64,000 nt of DNA. Source: Chromera velia (taxonomy: Eukaryota). Of this stretch, positions 50,286-62,521 are shown piece by piece (position 1 is the first letter of the stretch; each line of letters opens with the position of its first letter). A program made the translations under genes and the position numbers. The DNA lies in the NCBI GenBank assembly GCA_018398765.1, contig JAHBMJ010000068.1, positions 62,001-126,000 on the forward strand. The letters are read 5' to 3'. The notes beneath the pieces are model-generated. The model had not been told where the DNA came from, searched no databases, and saw nothing but the letters and a program-made list of their open reading frames with translations.

Positions 50286-53200
50286 CAAGCAAGGCATACG
50301 AATTTCTTTCTTTTCATGAAGCGAGATTGAGGACCGGCCGACTGACCTCAACTCGATTTGCTCTTGATTTCTTTCTGCCTTTTTCCTCCGCTCAGTTTCT
50401 TCTTGAAGTCTCCTTTTAAAATCTGCACACGCGAGAGAAGACAAACCAGAGAGGGACTCAGGTGCATGGGGAGGGGAAATGAAAGGAATTTTCCATGCCG
50501 CCCACCTTTCAAGGCACAAGAGGAAAAACCCATGAAGCAGTCTGACATGACGAGGTACGATTCAGTGGTGTGCTGTATGTTTACTAGAAGCTCAGCAGAC
50601 AGCGAGTGATGCTGCCAAAAGCAGAGAAAACCGATGCAGGGAGGAAAAGAGGTATTCGCATGCATCCATGTTGGACTTTTCTTCCACGATTTGAAAACCT
50701 TTGATAAGGCTCCTCTCCAATGGTATCAAAATCTGGCATCTGCGTACGAAGATTTTTTTTGTCCATCGCCAACCAATTTGGCTCTCTCTTTGCCTATCTG
50801 TCCGGCTGACTGACTGCCTGACTGACCTTCACAGTCCCTCTCTGCCGCCTCCCTCCTGAGACTGCTCTCTTTAACGGTGGCCTCCGCCCTTTGCAGCTTA
50901 TTCTCCAGCGATGAAACTTCTGCAACTGCAGCGTCTGCCTCCCGAGTGCTCACGGCAGCCTTGCGTTGGGCCTGCAAGCGAACGAAAAGTGAGAAAAAAG
51001 AGAAGAAAAAGAAAACCTTGAGAAAAAAACCAACAGATTCAAAGCATTGAGTTGAGTAGGGGGGCAGGGCCTGGAGACATCGATAAAGAGAGAGGACTAG
51101 GGTGGACGTCTAGACAGAAAGAAAAAGGGCCCTGATATTACACGTTCATTCTTTTTCGATCTTGCTCTCTTCCACGGATGGTGCACCTCCCTCTACCGCA
51201 TTTGCCTCTTAAAATCGTATTGCTCACCTCCTCAATCTGTCCCTGCATTTGTGTTTTTGCCATCTGCAAATAGCTCGAGGGACGGGCCCGCTTCACACAT
51301 GTCGTACAACTCATTCATACATTTTAAATGTATCAGTATCTGGAGACAAAGAGGGCGATGAAGAAAAAGATGATGGGGAGAAATTTTGTGGCATGCAGTC
51401 AACAAACAGCTAGCTTCCAGAAGGAAAGAGATGCCCCCGAGATAAGTGCAACAAGGGACTTCAAGGATGCAGTAAAGAGAGGGGATGTGCGACCCTCAGA
51501 GCCGAATAGCCGATCCAAACAGCGAAAGCAAATTCGAGAAAGCACATCAAAACTGCATTTCAGAAACACGAGCACAGAAGAAGAAATCGATGATGGGGGG
51601 GAGGCTTGAAACAAAAAGGACCCACAGATGCAGAGGCGAGTTTGGACTTTAGCTCCACGGATTCCTGCATATAGGCAGAAAAGGGAACTTCAGCAAACTG
51701 CACATGCAGAAGAAGAAGGAGGACGAAACACAGAAGCATCATGAGAATAATCATGACTGGCAATACGAATGGGACGTCAATCAACAACCTTCGCAGAGGC
51801 TCCGAGACGCATCTTCAGTTTGGCTGTGTGGATAGTGAAAATGATGTAGCTGTCTCTTTGTGCAGACAACCACAGGCTTACAGGCCCATTTATACAGAAC
51901 AGAATTCTGCACCTCGATTTGATTGACGCCGACAAGAATGAATGAATTTGCGTCACCCAAAAGACCAACCTACCGATGCCCAGCTCTGAGCAGCCCTCTC
52001 CAAGTCACGGAGAAGGGACGACAACTGAGACGCCTCCCTTGCATTCTGTCCTCCCGCTTCCCCCCCTTCATTTACTCGTCTCTCCAACAAACGCCGAAGA
52101 CGATGAATACAAAAGTCCAAATCGACGCGGTCGTGTCTGCCTCCTCCCTGAACTTCATCCACCTCATCTTCGTCTTCATATCTTTCGAAGTCATCGCTCA
52201 GGATACCTCCACTGCGAACACTGTATGTTGCCAGACCTGCCGCAACACCAACTCCCCCTCCAGCTCCCATTCCTGAATGAGCAGGCGTTTCCATGCTTCG
52301 CGGAGCAGGGGGGCGCAAAGGGCCCCGGCGGTCTTCCTCTGTGTTATCTCCGTCGGACTCCCCTCCTCCCTCTAATCCCTGCGTTTGAACTCGCAAACCC
52401 TCCGTCTGCACTTCGCTTCGCCTCTGTTTGGCGCTTCTCCTCCTTTCTCGTGCAGATGGACTCTGCAGAGAGGGGGAAAGTAGAAGGAATGGGGAAATCT
52501 CGAGAAGGAGGAAAAGAGACGAGGCGATTCTGGACAGCAAGACATGAGGCAAAACAAGAAAATGCTTCCTGCCTCATCCAAAAATATCCAAAAGCTCATT
52601 GGTCAGTATCGATCGAATGAAGCAGCTGGCGAATCTGGAGGATGCGATTGAGACACTAAACATTCGTTCAAGGATGCCAAAAGAAAACAGAGAAATAAAT
52701 AAACAAACAAAGAAAGAAAGGCGGAAAAGATAGAGAGAAAATGTCGAATGAAAAAAGGCAGAGAACGAAACGAGGAAGGAAGCCCGGGTGTAGCAGGTGT
52801 TATTCTCCGGCCGAGTTTGCTTGTCGCGATTCGTAATGAGTGCAACGATTTTCAGATTGTTTCTCGGCAGGTTCACAGACTCAATTTGTTCTGCTTTGCC
52901 TCTTTTCCTGTCCATTTTTTTGCTACAGTATTTTGGAACAGCAGCCGACGCAGGCAAATAGCAACGATGAATGTCAGTCCAGTAGTTGATCTGAAAGCAA
53001 CAGCGAAGATTGACTGGGAGACTGACTGACATTGTTCTCGCTGTCTCCCCCTTCCCCCGCGCCTTCAGGTTTGAATGACGATGAAGAGGCTGCCGAAGGA
53101 GATCTGAAATTGTCTTCCTTCACGTCTTGGTCGCTCTCGTCTATCCGAAGTGGAGACGGGCGAGACTCCGCACTTCCGACTTTGTCCCTCTCACCATTTC

Positions 53201-53971
53201 TCGACTCCCCCTTTTCTTCCCTCCCTTCCTTTCCCCTTTCTCTGTCCCTCTCGAGGTCCTCAAGGGGAGGGGATACAGAGGAGCGTGATGACGCTGCAAG
53301 AAGCAAAACCGACAGTCAGTCAACAATGAGGGAAAAACGAAACATAGAAAGACAAAAAAGAAAAGCGTGCAGCTGGAAAAGGTGTACAAACGAAAGGAGA
53401 GATAGACTGCACGTTTTCATCGGAGATGACGAGAAGACAGTCAGGAAAATTTAGTACAGGAATTTTCTCTTCTTCTTTTTCCTAAAATAACGCTTCTTTT
53501 CGCCCTCTTCTTCTCTTCATGGACACAGGAGATCGAAAAAGGCAGTCAGAAAGACAAAGAGAGAAACAGAGGTGCAGATAGATAGATAGATAGATAGATA
53601 GATAGGAAGACGACGGACACACGGATTCAGACGAACGGACCAACATTCGCACTCAATTATTTTGTGACTGAGAAATGGACACAGAGACAGGCTGGAAGAG
53701 AGACAGATCCGTGAATGGATGAGCGTACCGTCATCGTCACCTCCCCGGACAAACTCTGAGACCCAATTATAGAGGGCTTCGGAGACGTCATCAAAAGTAA
53801 GAAAGCCACCCCCCTCGCTTCCATCCGAACCTGCCGGAAGTTGCTGCAACACTTCGTCCCAGTAGCTTTTGTCTCCCTGACAGAGAGGAGAGGGTCAGGG
53901 TGGGGAAGAGGGGAAGAAATGGATGGATCAGTTTCACACACAGCTGAAAGAAAGAAAGAAAGAAAGAAAGA

Positions 53972-54015
<44 letters not shown>

Positions 54016-54636
54016 CATGCATGCGCGACCGTAGACAGGAGAACCTCTTTTGGATGTCATGAAAGAAAATGTATGATGTATGATGCTACGCTTACAACGT
54101 ACCTTGCAAGTCGCTTTCACATTTTCAAGAATTTCGCGGAGCTGATCAACAGACACCTTCGGCTCCTCCTCTTTTCCCTCAAGCTCCCTCACTGCCTCCT
54201 CTCTGAGTTCCAGCAAGGCGTCTCTGAGCTCACGCATTCCCCTGAGGCTCTCTTTGTACTCTGAACCGACGCCGTCTGCATCGGCTGAAGGCCCCCCCCC
54301 GGGAGAGCTGGGGCGTTTCTTTTCTTTCCCCTTCTCCTTCTCACCAAGTAAGTCTGCGAAAAGGGCCTCCACGGTCTTCCAATAGTCTAAAAAACCTATG
54401 CGGGACTCTCCACCCCCCTCAGAAGATGAGGGAAGTCGAGGAAAAAGAACCAAGACCTCGTCGACATTCGTCTGCTGCAGTGACTGTTTTTGGGTGCCCT
54501 CCCCCTGTTGCAACTGTTGTTCCAAGTGTTGTTTGAGAACATCACGAAGTCTGGAGGCTGAGATGGAGGCAAAGCTTGACGCAGTCGCTGGAAGGCACTC
54601 ATCATAGAGTTCCAACATCGCCGTAGCGCCCTCCAT
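44561..54636 (-). CDS. Long coiled-coil hypothetical protein with N-terminal degenerate EF-hand-like helices and C-terminal CaaX-like CPQQ; ~15 exons, ~1315 aa
   Basis: Exons: 54636-54103, 53876-53729, 53293-53031, 52462-51974, 51664-51626, 51263-51228, 50971-50827, 50422-50347, 49674-48866, 48376-48292, 47819-47659, 47113-46751, 46527-(46210 or 46183), 45621-45457, 44877-44561. Phases are consistent throughout. There are E/R/A/L-rich heptad segments. The donor of exon 13 is ambiguous. Confidence 0.72.
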
Positions 54637-55072
54637 ATTGAAGTGGAAGGATAAGCACTACAATGAAAACGGAAAGTCAGAATGCTGATTCCACAGCGTT
54701 ATCCGATCTATTCGTCTATGAGTAGGGACGGGCACTTTCGTCTCTTGCCCCACAAGGCCACATCCTTCGCCCGTGACATTAGATCCTCTCTCACTGTCCT
54801 TCTTTGGGTTAGGATCAATACGCCGAGGTGCAAACCGAACGGACCCGGGCCCCAACACGCGTTTTTGATCAGAAAGTAGGCCTTTGGTATTTACATGTAT
54901 ACAGTATACATCAAAATCGTGCCTTCTCTCTCAATGGAAAAACTTTGCACCCCTGCGCTTTCTGAGGTCCTCAGTGACAAGACCGTATGATGCGTAGGTC
55001 TCTACGTCCTGTATTGCAAGTACATTCAGCCACGCACACGAGAATAGCCTTGCAGACGTGCACCTAGCTGCT

Positions 55073-55165
55073 TGCATGATAATATACTTTGATAACATGC
55101 ATGCATGCATGCACAAGCATGCATGCATGTTCGAATTGCATGCATGATGCGCATGCATGCATGCA
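55073..55165. promoter_or_regulatory. Dense TGCATGCA cluster upstream of the coiled-coil gene
   Basis: Four (TGCA)n runs lie ~460-530 bp upstream of ATG 54636. Confidence 0.55.
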
Positions 55166-56699
55166 ATATGCGAAAAAAAAAAAGTAAGCCCCCGTTTGCG
55201 CGCGTGGTGCGCGCACGAAACACAAAATAATCGGTCACACAAAGTCTTGTCGGACAGCGGTTATCATAGCCCCCCCTAGTCTGCCTTCAGTCAAACCTGG
55301 CTGCGTGATACTGAGTGACTGTTACCTCTGCGTGGTGTGACCCGTTTTGGGTTACGCGCTGGCTCTGACCATCAACAGACACCGCACCGTGTATGTATAT
55401 ATCCATTGACACATGAACATCACCGTACGCACACCTCACCACACCCGCGTGGCAGGGGTGGGTGGGAAAAGAGCATCCGGAGGAGGCTTTTTAGCCGCCG
55501 GCTCTTGGGGGTGGGGGTTAATCGAAGCTGGTCAACCACTTTCACTTGGTCTCCTCTATGCAGGGCGGCGTCTGACAATCGAGATGCAGATTATCAATGC
55601 CGCTGGAGCGTTTTGATAGCGTTTAGACCTGTTTTTCCCATAGACGCAAATCGGCATGCTTGTGCGGGTTTTTTATCCAGGACCTCACTAGATAACGCTA
55701 CAAAGTAGACCAACACTAACCATGCATACTAGTGGGGGGGCTGGCCATGTTTGGCGTACCCGGCGTACAGGTGCACCCCGACTAAACTATAAACTATCAT
55801 ACATTATCAGCGGTTTCAAGTATCGAGAGATCGGAAGAAATAACATCTATTTAGACGTGGCATGCATGACAAAACCTTCAATCATCATTTAGACTGTGTT
55901 TTGTATTTTCAAATCAAAATAGTAATTCATACTTTTTACGACGATGGTGACTAAGAGTGAACACTAAATGAGTAAACAGAGAAAAGGCTTGCTCGACAAA
56001 GACTATGCATGATCCATGTTAAAAATTATTTTTTTAAAAAAATGCTAAGCCAGAAAAAAGAGTATCAGAGTATAATCAGGACAGTAGTTTCAACTAGTTT
56101 ACATTAATTTTTAAATCAAAGGAGAAGATCTTGTTCAGAAGAAGAAAACATATCATAACACCAATCTACCCAGTCAACACCACTGGCAGTAAAAAATACT
56201 AGAAATAATGTTACAAAGCACCAAGAATACCTAAATTGTCCCTGAAAATTGCCCTCTTAAAATTAAGCATAATGTAAGACTGTAAGTTGATGCGCCGGGA
56301 GTGGATCACGGGGGAACTCGAAACCCAGCTCGAAACATAAAACGATAAATCTTATCCGATCCTATCTTAAGTAAAACCTAGGACTAGACATGACTAGACC
56401 TAGGAACCATGACAGTATCAACTCGAAAAACCCGGAAGAACCTAGCTAGCAAAGAACTATCTAGAATCAAGGCTACCTAAACAGACTAACCTAGTTTAAC
56501 GGCTATTTTCTAGCCACTGTAGCCAGCATTCCAAACTTAGTATTCTATTTAATAATTTTCTAATATCATCTATACTATTAGATGTAGACTGCATAAAAAA
56601 ATAATGATGAACGCAGTAAATGCGCATACTAAATGACGAGTCATTGACGACTGAACCACTAGCTAAACCAGAATTACTGATCAAGTAGAATTAACCTAG

Positions 56700-57690
56700 A
56701 GTGCCGAACCTAGCCGAACCTAGAGTTGCAAACAGATTACAGCTTATTTTATTTGAAAAGGCATCAGAAAAAAGACCAAGAGAGGGAATAGAAATAGAGA
56801 AAGAAAAACTGGGACGGGTGTCCTTTTGTTATGGAAGGGTAGCACCAAGAGGAGAACACAGAAGGAGAGCAGCCTGCAGAGTAGGAGACAGGACGTTAGT
56901 AGGAACAAAGAGAAAAGTGCCAGAAAGAGGAGGGCAGAGAGTGCCGTTGGAGGAGAGACTCTGCCCTTTTTGCAAAGGATGGATAAAAACAGAGGTGTTG
57001 GAGGATGAGATCTATATACTGACTGAGTGTCCGATTTATGATAGAGAAAGAGCGGACATATATAGAATATTAGGAGCAGACTGGAACGAGGGAAGAGAAA
57101 ATAGAGCAAGAGAAGTTTGCAGAGAGAAAAGAGAAGGACAAAGAGTCTGAGGAAGACTACACACCGAGGCTCTGTTCAAATTCTTGATAAACAAAGGGCA
57201 TAGTGCGGTGGATGAGTTTCTAAGGAGGGCGGCGTTTAGAAGAAGAGTGTTCAAGAAAAGCCCAGGAAGGTACGCACCTGGAAGCTCGTTAGATAAAACA
57301 GTGCTAGCACAGAGATACGGAGTGATCACAAAAAGAAAGGGAGGAACAGAAAGAAGAAAAAAAGAATACAAGACCATCCTAGAAGCAATAGAAGCAGGAA
57401 GACAGCTGACAGAGGGAGAAGGAGAAATCGCTGAGAGAAGAATAGAGAGAGGGCGTGTACAAAGCCAAAGTGTCCTTTCGTCCTGTATCATTGGATCAAT
57501 TTTTGGAGCAGTCCCTTCTGAGCAGCCCATAGACCAAAGCATGCAAAGCACAGACAGATTGTTGTTTGTTAGCGGCCTGGGAAACCAGGAGGGCCACGAG
57601 GTGTGGTCTGAGCCTCAGCGATGAGGTACACCCCCCTGCCGTTTACGGGGGCGACCTCTATAAGACAAAACGGCGACACTGCTCTAGGGC
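56700..57690 (+). mobile_element. Decayed 3' portion of a non-LTR (LINE-like) retrotransposon ORF2
   Basis: RVPLEERLCPFCKG..EDEIYILTECPIYDRER matches the C-x2-C..E-D-x-x-H-x4-C zinc knuckle found downstream of non-LTR reverse transcriptases, with His replaced by Tyr. There is an in-frame TGA at 57148-57150, no introns and no intact RT domain. Boundaries are approximate. Confidence 0.72.
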
Positions 57691-58214
57691 ACCATGTGCA
57701 CTAATCTTTTTTCACTTATCACTTAATATAGCCAAGTGTATTGCAATGTTGCATAACTTACGTAGATATGGAAGGACAAGAGTGAGGTGGACGTGCCTTA
57801 GGACGTGTCAGAAACGGATCTCAAATGCTTCCCCCCTAAGTAGATTCTCTCTGGCTTTAACCGCTTTAATTCAATCTAATTCTTAAAAAATAAATTAAAT
57901 ATTCCATCTTATTATGACTAGTATCATGATTATATATCAATAAATAATTTAAAGCTCTACTCTGACAGAGTTTTTTTTCTATCATTTTTTAAAACTACTG
58001 GCAATATGAAGATCATATTGTACAACTAAAATTAACTTAAGAGATCCTCTAGCAGGGCCTTTAGTTTGGAAAAACCGTATTTATCTAACAGTCTACACTA
58101 TAAAAATTTTCCCACGCTGAATCCCAGCGCCTAGGTTCACCCTCCTCCTTTCACAATGATCCTTTAAGTTGTTCTTACTTCCATACAAAGACAAAAGGTT
58201 ATTTTCTCTAACTT

Positions 58215-59849
58215 TCAACGTTCAGTAATGCTGGCTGCATGATCGTTTCCTTTCCCTCCCGTCGTTTCTCCGTTGATCTCCTTCCCACTTTCTTCTGCAG
58301 GATTTCTTTTGCGCACATTCCCTCCCCCAAGGTCCCCCTCGTCGTTCACTGGGTCGGCAGATTTCTTTTTCCCTTTTGCATTTACCGTACCCCCTGCGCC
58401 TTTTTTGAATTCCCATTGGGGCCGTTCTTCCTTGTCCTCCACTCCATTCATTCCGTTTCCCTGCACTGTCCCCTCCTTTCGAGAAAGAGAAACTGACTCT
58501 GGGGGAGGCAGGGGAGCTGCACGGCGCTTGCAGAAAACTTCAACAAAATTTGACAGCGTATCACCCCTGTACACATTTCGCACAACTGAGGGATCACCCC
58601 CCTCATCGGCAATGTCCATTCTCGCCCACCTGCAGGGAGGCGAGCATGCAGTCAGCGACACAATCAGTGAAGGAGTCAATTTGGTCATCAATCGCGCGAT
58701 CACTCTACCAAAAGAGCCATGAATGGATCAGTCGGCCAGTCGCAGGCACTCCACTTATCAAAGCAGGACAGAGGACGCGAAGGGTTCGCACGGAAACATG
58801 TGTGTGCGCACCAACATTTTTTCCCGAGCCGTGTCCGTGTTTGTGCTTTGTACGCACACCTGCCGAAGTGAATAGATCAATTCAGTGAAAGAAGGAGCCT
58901 GCAGTGTCGTTTCAAGTGTTGCGGTTGCAAGTTCTGTTGCCTGGCGACGGAGGTTCGTGGACAAGTGCTGCCGTGCGATGATGCTCAAAATGTTTAAATG
59001 AGACACAACTAGAAAAAAAAACTGGGACGCGCTGAGTTCATCTCATTGGACGCCCGCTTGGACCTCCTTCTCGACTGAAAGAAACAAGGAAGAAAGAAAA
59101 GAACAAAAAAAGGAAGGCTGACTTGAACTTGTAGGACTCGTTTGTGGTCACATTCATGGAGGCCAGATAGAGGTGCCAGCCCGTGAAGGCCACCAGAGCG
59201 ACAGCCATCACAGAACAAAGAATGAAGAGGAACATCACAGCGCCATAGTTGACCATCAAGTATGAAAACACAATACCCCTGCAGGCAGGCAGGCAGTCAC
59301 ACAAGACAACAGAAGGACAGGCAGGATCGATATGAACAGTCCAATAGCGTCTGCTTCCACCTTTCTCTCAGACTCTGTGTGTGTGTGTGTGTGTGTGTTC
59401 GTGCGTGCTTGTGCATGCCTGTCGGAAGACCAAGGAAACACGCCCTCTATGATTGCATGCATGGAAAAGGGGAATCCGATGCTGACCAAGAGGCCTTGTA
59501 TTCAATTCCCGTGGATGCATCCTGGAAGGTGGCCTCGAAAAGCCTTTCCTCGACCAGGATCGCACGGAGAGTCTGGAGGAGCACGAAAGTCCCGTACACG
59601 CAGAGAAAAGTATGCAGGAGGAGGAAGGTGAGAAACAGGTGATGGTTGCCCTCTCCCACACAGTTGGCAATCCAGATGCAGTGGTGATCGAATCTGCAGC
59701 ATCCATTTATCCATCCATCCCTCGATCTCTCCTTCCATCCATCCACCTATCATCCATGCATCCTTCTGTGTTCCCATCCCTCCCTCCCTCCCTCCCTCCA
59801 TCAAACACACTTTCCTTCCATCTGTCATTCATCCACTCCAGAAAGAGAG

Positions 59850-59891
<42 letters not shown>

Positions 59892-59892
59892 T

Positions 59893-59932
<40 letters not shown>

Positions 59933-60046
59933 CAGAAGAAAGAGATGCAAAGAGACAGTCCGCACGTTCCTTCGACTGACAGTCACCGATATCAAGCATT
60001 GCATGAAACCAAAAAAGTCAGCAGGAAAGAAAAAACGAAGGCAGGA

Positions 60047-60098
<52 letters not shown>

Positions 60099-60248
60099 AA
60101 GAAAGAGAAAGAAAGAGAAAGAAAAAAAGATCGAAGGAAGGAAGGAAAAATGAATGAATGAATGAACGAACGAACGAACGAACGAAAGAAAGAAAGAAAG
60201 AAAGATCGAAGGAAGGAAGGAAGGAAGGAGGGAAGGAAGAAGGAAGAA

Positions 60249-60291
<43 letters not shown>

Positions 60292-60320
60292 GACGCAAGA
60301 GCGAAAGAGCGAAAGACCGA

Positions 60321-60353
<33 letters not shown>

Positions 60354-60400
60354 CGAAGGAAGGAAGAAGGAAGAAAAGAAAGAAAGAAAGAAAGAAAGAA

Positions 60401-60472
<72 letters not shown>

Positions 60473-61310
60473 AAAAAAGAAAGATGGTGAACGAGAACGC
60501 AACCACGGGAAGGCAGGAACAGAGACAGAGAAAAAAAAAAAAAAAACAGGCGAGGCAGGCAGATGCAGTCTTAGAGAGAGGGCGCGAAGTCAAACAGAAA
60601 TTGTGACGAAAGCTCCTCCTAGCGCTTGGCACCCATCAGTCAATCAATTAACAAGAATAAAAATAATAATGTAGGCGAGAGAGAGTTGCTGTAGAAATCA
60701 GAGACAAAAAAAAGAAAAAGGATGGACCGGACGTCATTCTAAAAGTACGCGTCACTGACCTGCTCACGCAGACTTCACAGAGGCTGCAATGTTTTGACCG
60801 CGCTGGCTTGGCGGTTTTACACGTTTTGCACCAGCTGCCCTCCTGAAACACGACTCCGTCGTACGAATACGCCCGCACCTTCTCCTCCACATTGAGTGGG
60901 GTGACGATTCCCGGATCGCTTGCCGAGGCCATGAGGAACACGGTCAGGCAGGCAGTCACGATAACAAAGCCTGCGTATGCGTGGACACTTGAGAGGAACA
61001 CGTTCGGCAACAGCGGCTGCGCATAGAGGACAAAAGACAGATACCCGCCCAAAACGACTCCCATGTAGAATATCTGCACAAGCGGGTTGTTGGTCTTGAA
61101 AAGGTAGTGGTATGTACTGTCCACATACTCAGGGCCTCTCGCCCCGCAGCAAAGGACAGTGGAGTTTCTGAAGGTCCGCGGGAAGACCACAAAGAGCCAC
61201 TTGGAAAGGAAGTCCAGAAATGTCTCCCCTCTATCGGAGTCACCAAAGAAGAGCGCAAGCAACGCTGTAATCAAAAAAGGAATTCCCACAAGAACCAGCC
61301 CCAAAAGCAT
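58215..61310 (-). CDS. DHHC-type protein S-palmitoyltransferase (Swf1/ZDHHC4-like), 4 exons, ~442 aa
   Basis: Exons: 61310-60760, 59693-59487, 59278-59123, 58629-58215 (1329 nt). The spliced Cys-rich domain reads [44 protein letters not shown] and TTNE motifs and multiple TM helices are present. An extra N-terminal TM and NPLVQIFY resemble the Swf1/ZDHHC4 subgroup. Confidence 0.95.
59930..60027. repeat. Dispersed ~100-bp intronic repeat next to (GA)n, copy 2
   Basis: Near-identical to 3044-3142; lies in DHHC intron 1 between (GA)n and (GAAA)n tracts. Confidence 0.85.
60045..60483. repeat. Intronic (GAAA/GGAA/GAAC)n compound microsatellite
   Basis: Directly visible array in DHHC intron 1. 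Confidence 0.95.
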
Positions 61311-61797
61311 TTTTTTGTTTTCTGAAAATCCGCACTTCCTCCAAAGAACAGCACAACAATGCTGTGTCCGGCCCGAGCTCTGGCTGTGATTGATGCTCTT
61401 CGAAAGCGTTCGAAGAGACGTGAAAAGGATCGAAAAAAAGGAGCCGCTTCTTGTATCGCGACGATGTGGAAATCTGGAGATGCGTATCAGCTCGTGTTCA
61501 TCTCAGCCTAGAATCCCAGGGTACAGGTGATTGCAGTGCGAAATAGGCGAAGTAGATCATGTTGATCTGACGCATATACACATTCTGTCATCTATGTTCC
61601 GTCAATTTCTGTCATCATTCTGAGGAGACGGGATCGACTAGCTCCTGCAATCTCCACATGCAGTCCATCGTCCATGATCGTCCATGCAGGTCCAGCAGGT
61701 CCAGCGGGCCGCGGTGCATTCTTATCGCCTAGCTCTCCGGGCGTGGGGCATGCCTGCATGGCCCCGGAAAGCCATGGAAAGCCTGAATGCATGCATG

Positions 61798-62521
61798 CAT
61801 TCCAGCTCCCACCCTACGAGCTTTGCTTTTACTAGGCTGGCTCGTGGGGCCGCGAGACATTCTTTACGCGTCTTGGCGAAGGTTTTACCCTCGACAAGCC
61901 GCAAAGACCACGACACTAAGCACTGACGCTGTCCGACTATCGCGCGAGATGCTCTGCTTTGTCAGTCATGTCTGCTTAGTAGCCGTAGTCCAGTCTCCTC
62001 CAGCTCCCTCTTAATTATTGTCCTCTTCTTGTAACAAACCGGTACAGCCTGGTTCATCACCTTTCGGTTTCACTGGCTGAGCAGCTTGTAATAACTCAAG
62101 AAGTGATTCAATAAAAAGAGTGGGAGGGAGGGTAGTTCAAATCAGCGAGCGATTACGCTGTCAGGTAGAGTTGCTCTCTTTCTTTGATCTTTTCATCCGT
62201 TTCGTCTTTAGTTGTTCAAGCTTGACTTCGTCTGCATGCTATTTTGTGCACGCGCTCTCCGGGGTCCGCCGGAACGCGGCGCCGACTCCGCTTCGCTACG
62301 CTTTACCTTCCATTCCAGCTCCCACCCTACGAGCTTTGCTTTTACTAGGCTGGCTGGTGGGGCCGCGAGATATTCTTTACGCGTCTTGGCGAGGGTTTTA
62401 CCCTCGACAAGCCGTAAGGACCACGACACTAAGCACTGACGCTGTCCGACTATCGCGTGAGATACTCTGCTTTGTCGGTCACGTCTGCTTAGTAGCCGTA
62501 GTCCAGTCTCCTCCGGCTCCC
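61798..62521. mobile_element. Small element with ~210-bp near-identical direct repeats around a ~300-bp core (TRIM/split-repeat-like)
   Basis: CATTCCAGCTCCCACCCTACGAG...CCAGTCTCCTCC(A/G)GCTCCC occurs at ~61798-62008 and ~62311-62521 with only scattered substitutions. Confidence 0.7.

Noticed and set aside
55265..55749. Possible TIR pair AGCCCCCC(C/A)CTAGT ... ACTAGTGGGGGGCT
   Set aside because: The inverted match is short and does not extend, and no target-site duplication is evident. Too weak to call.
59825..60674. ORFs of poly-(FFLS)/(KKER)
   Set aside because: Translations of the (GAAA)n microsatellite inside DHHC intron 1.
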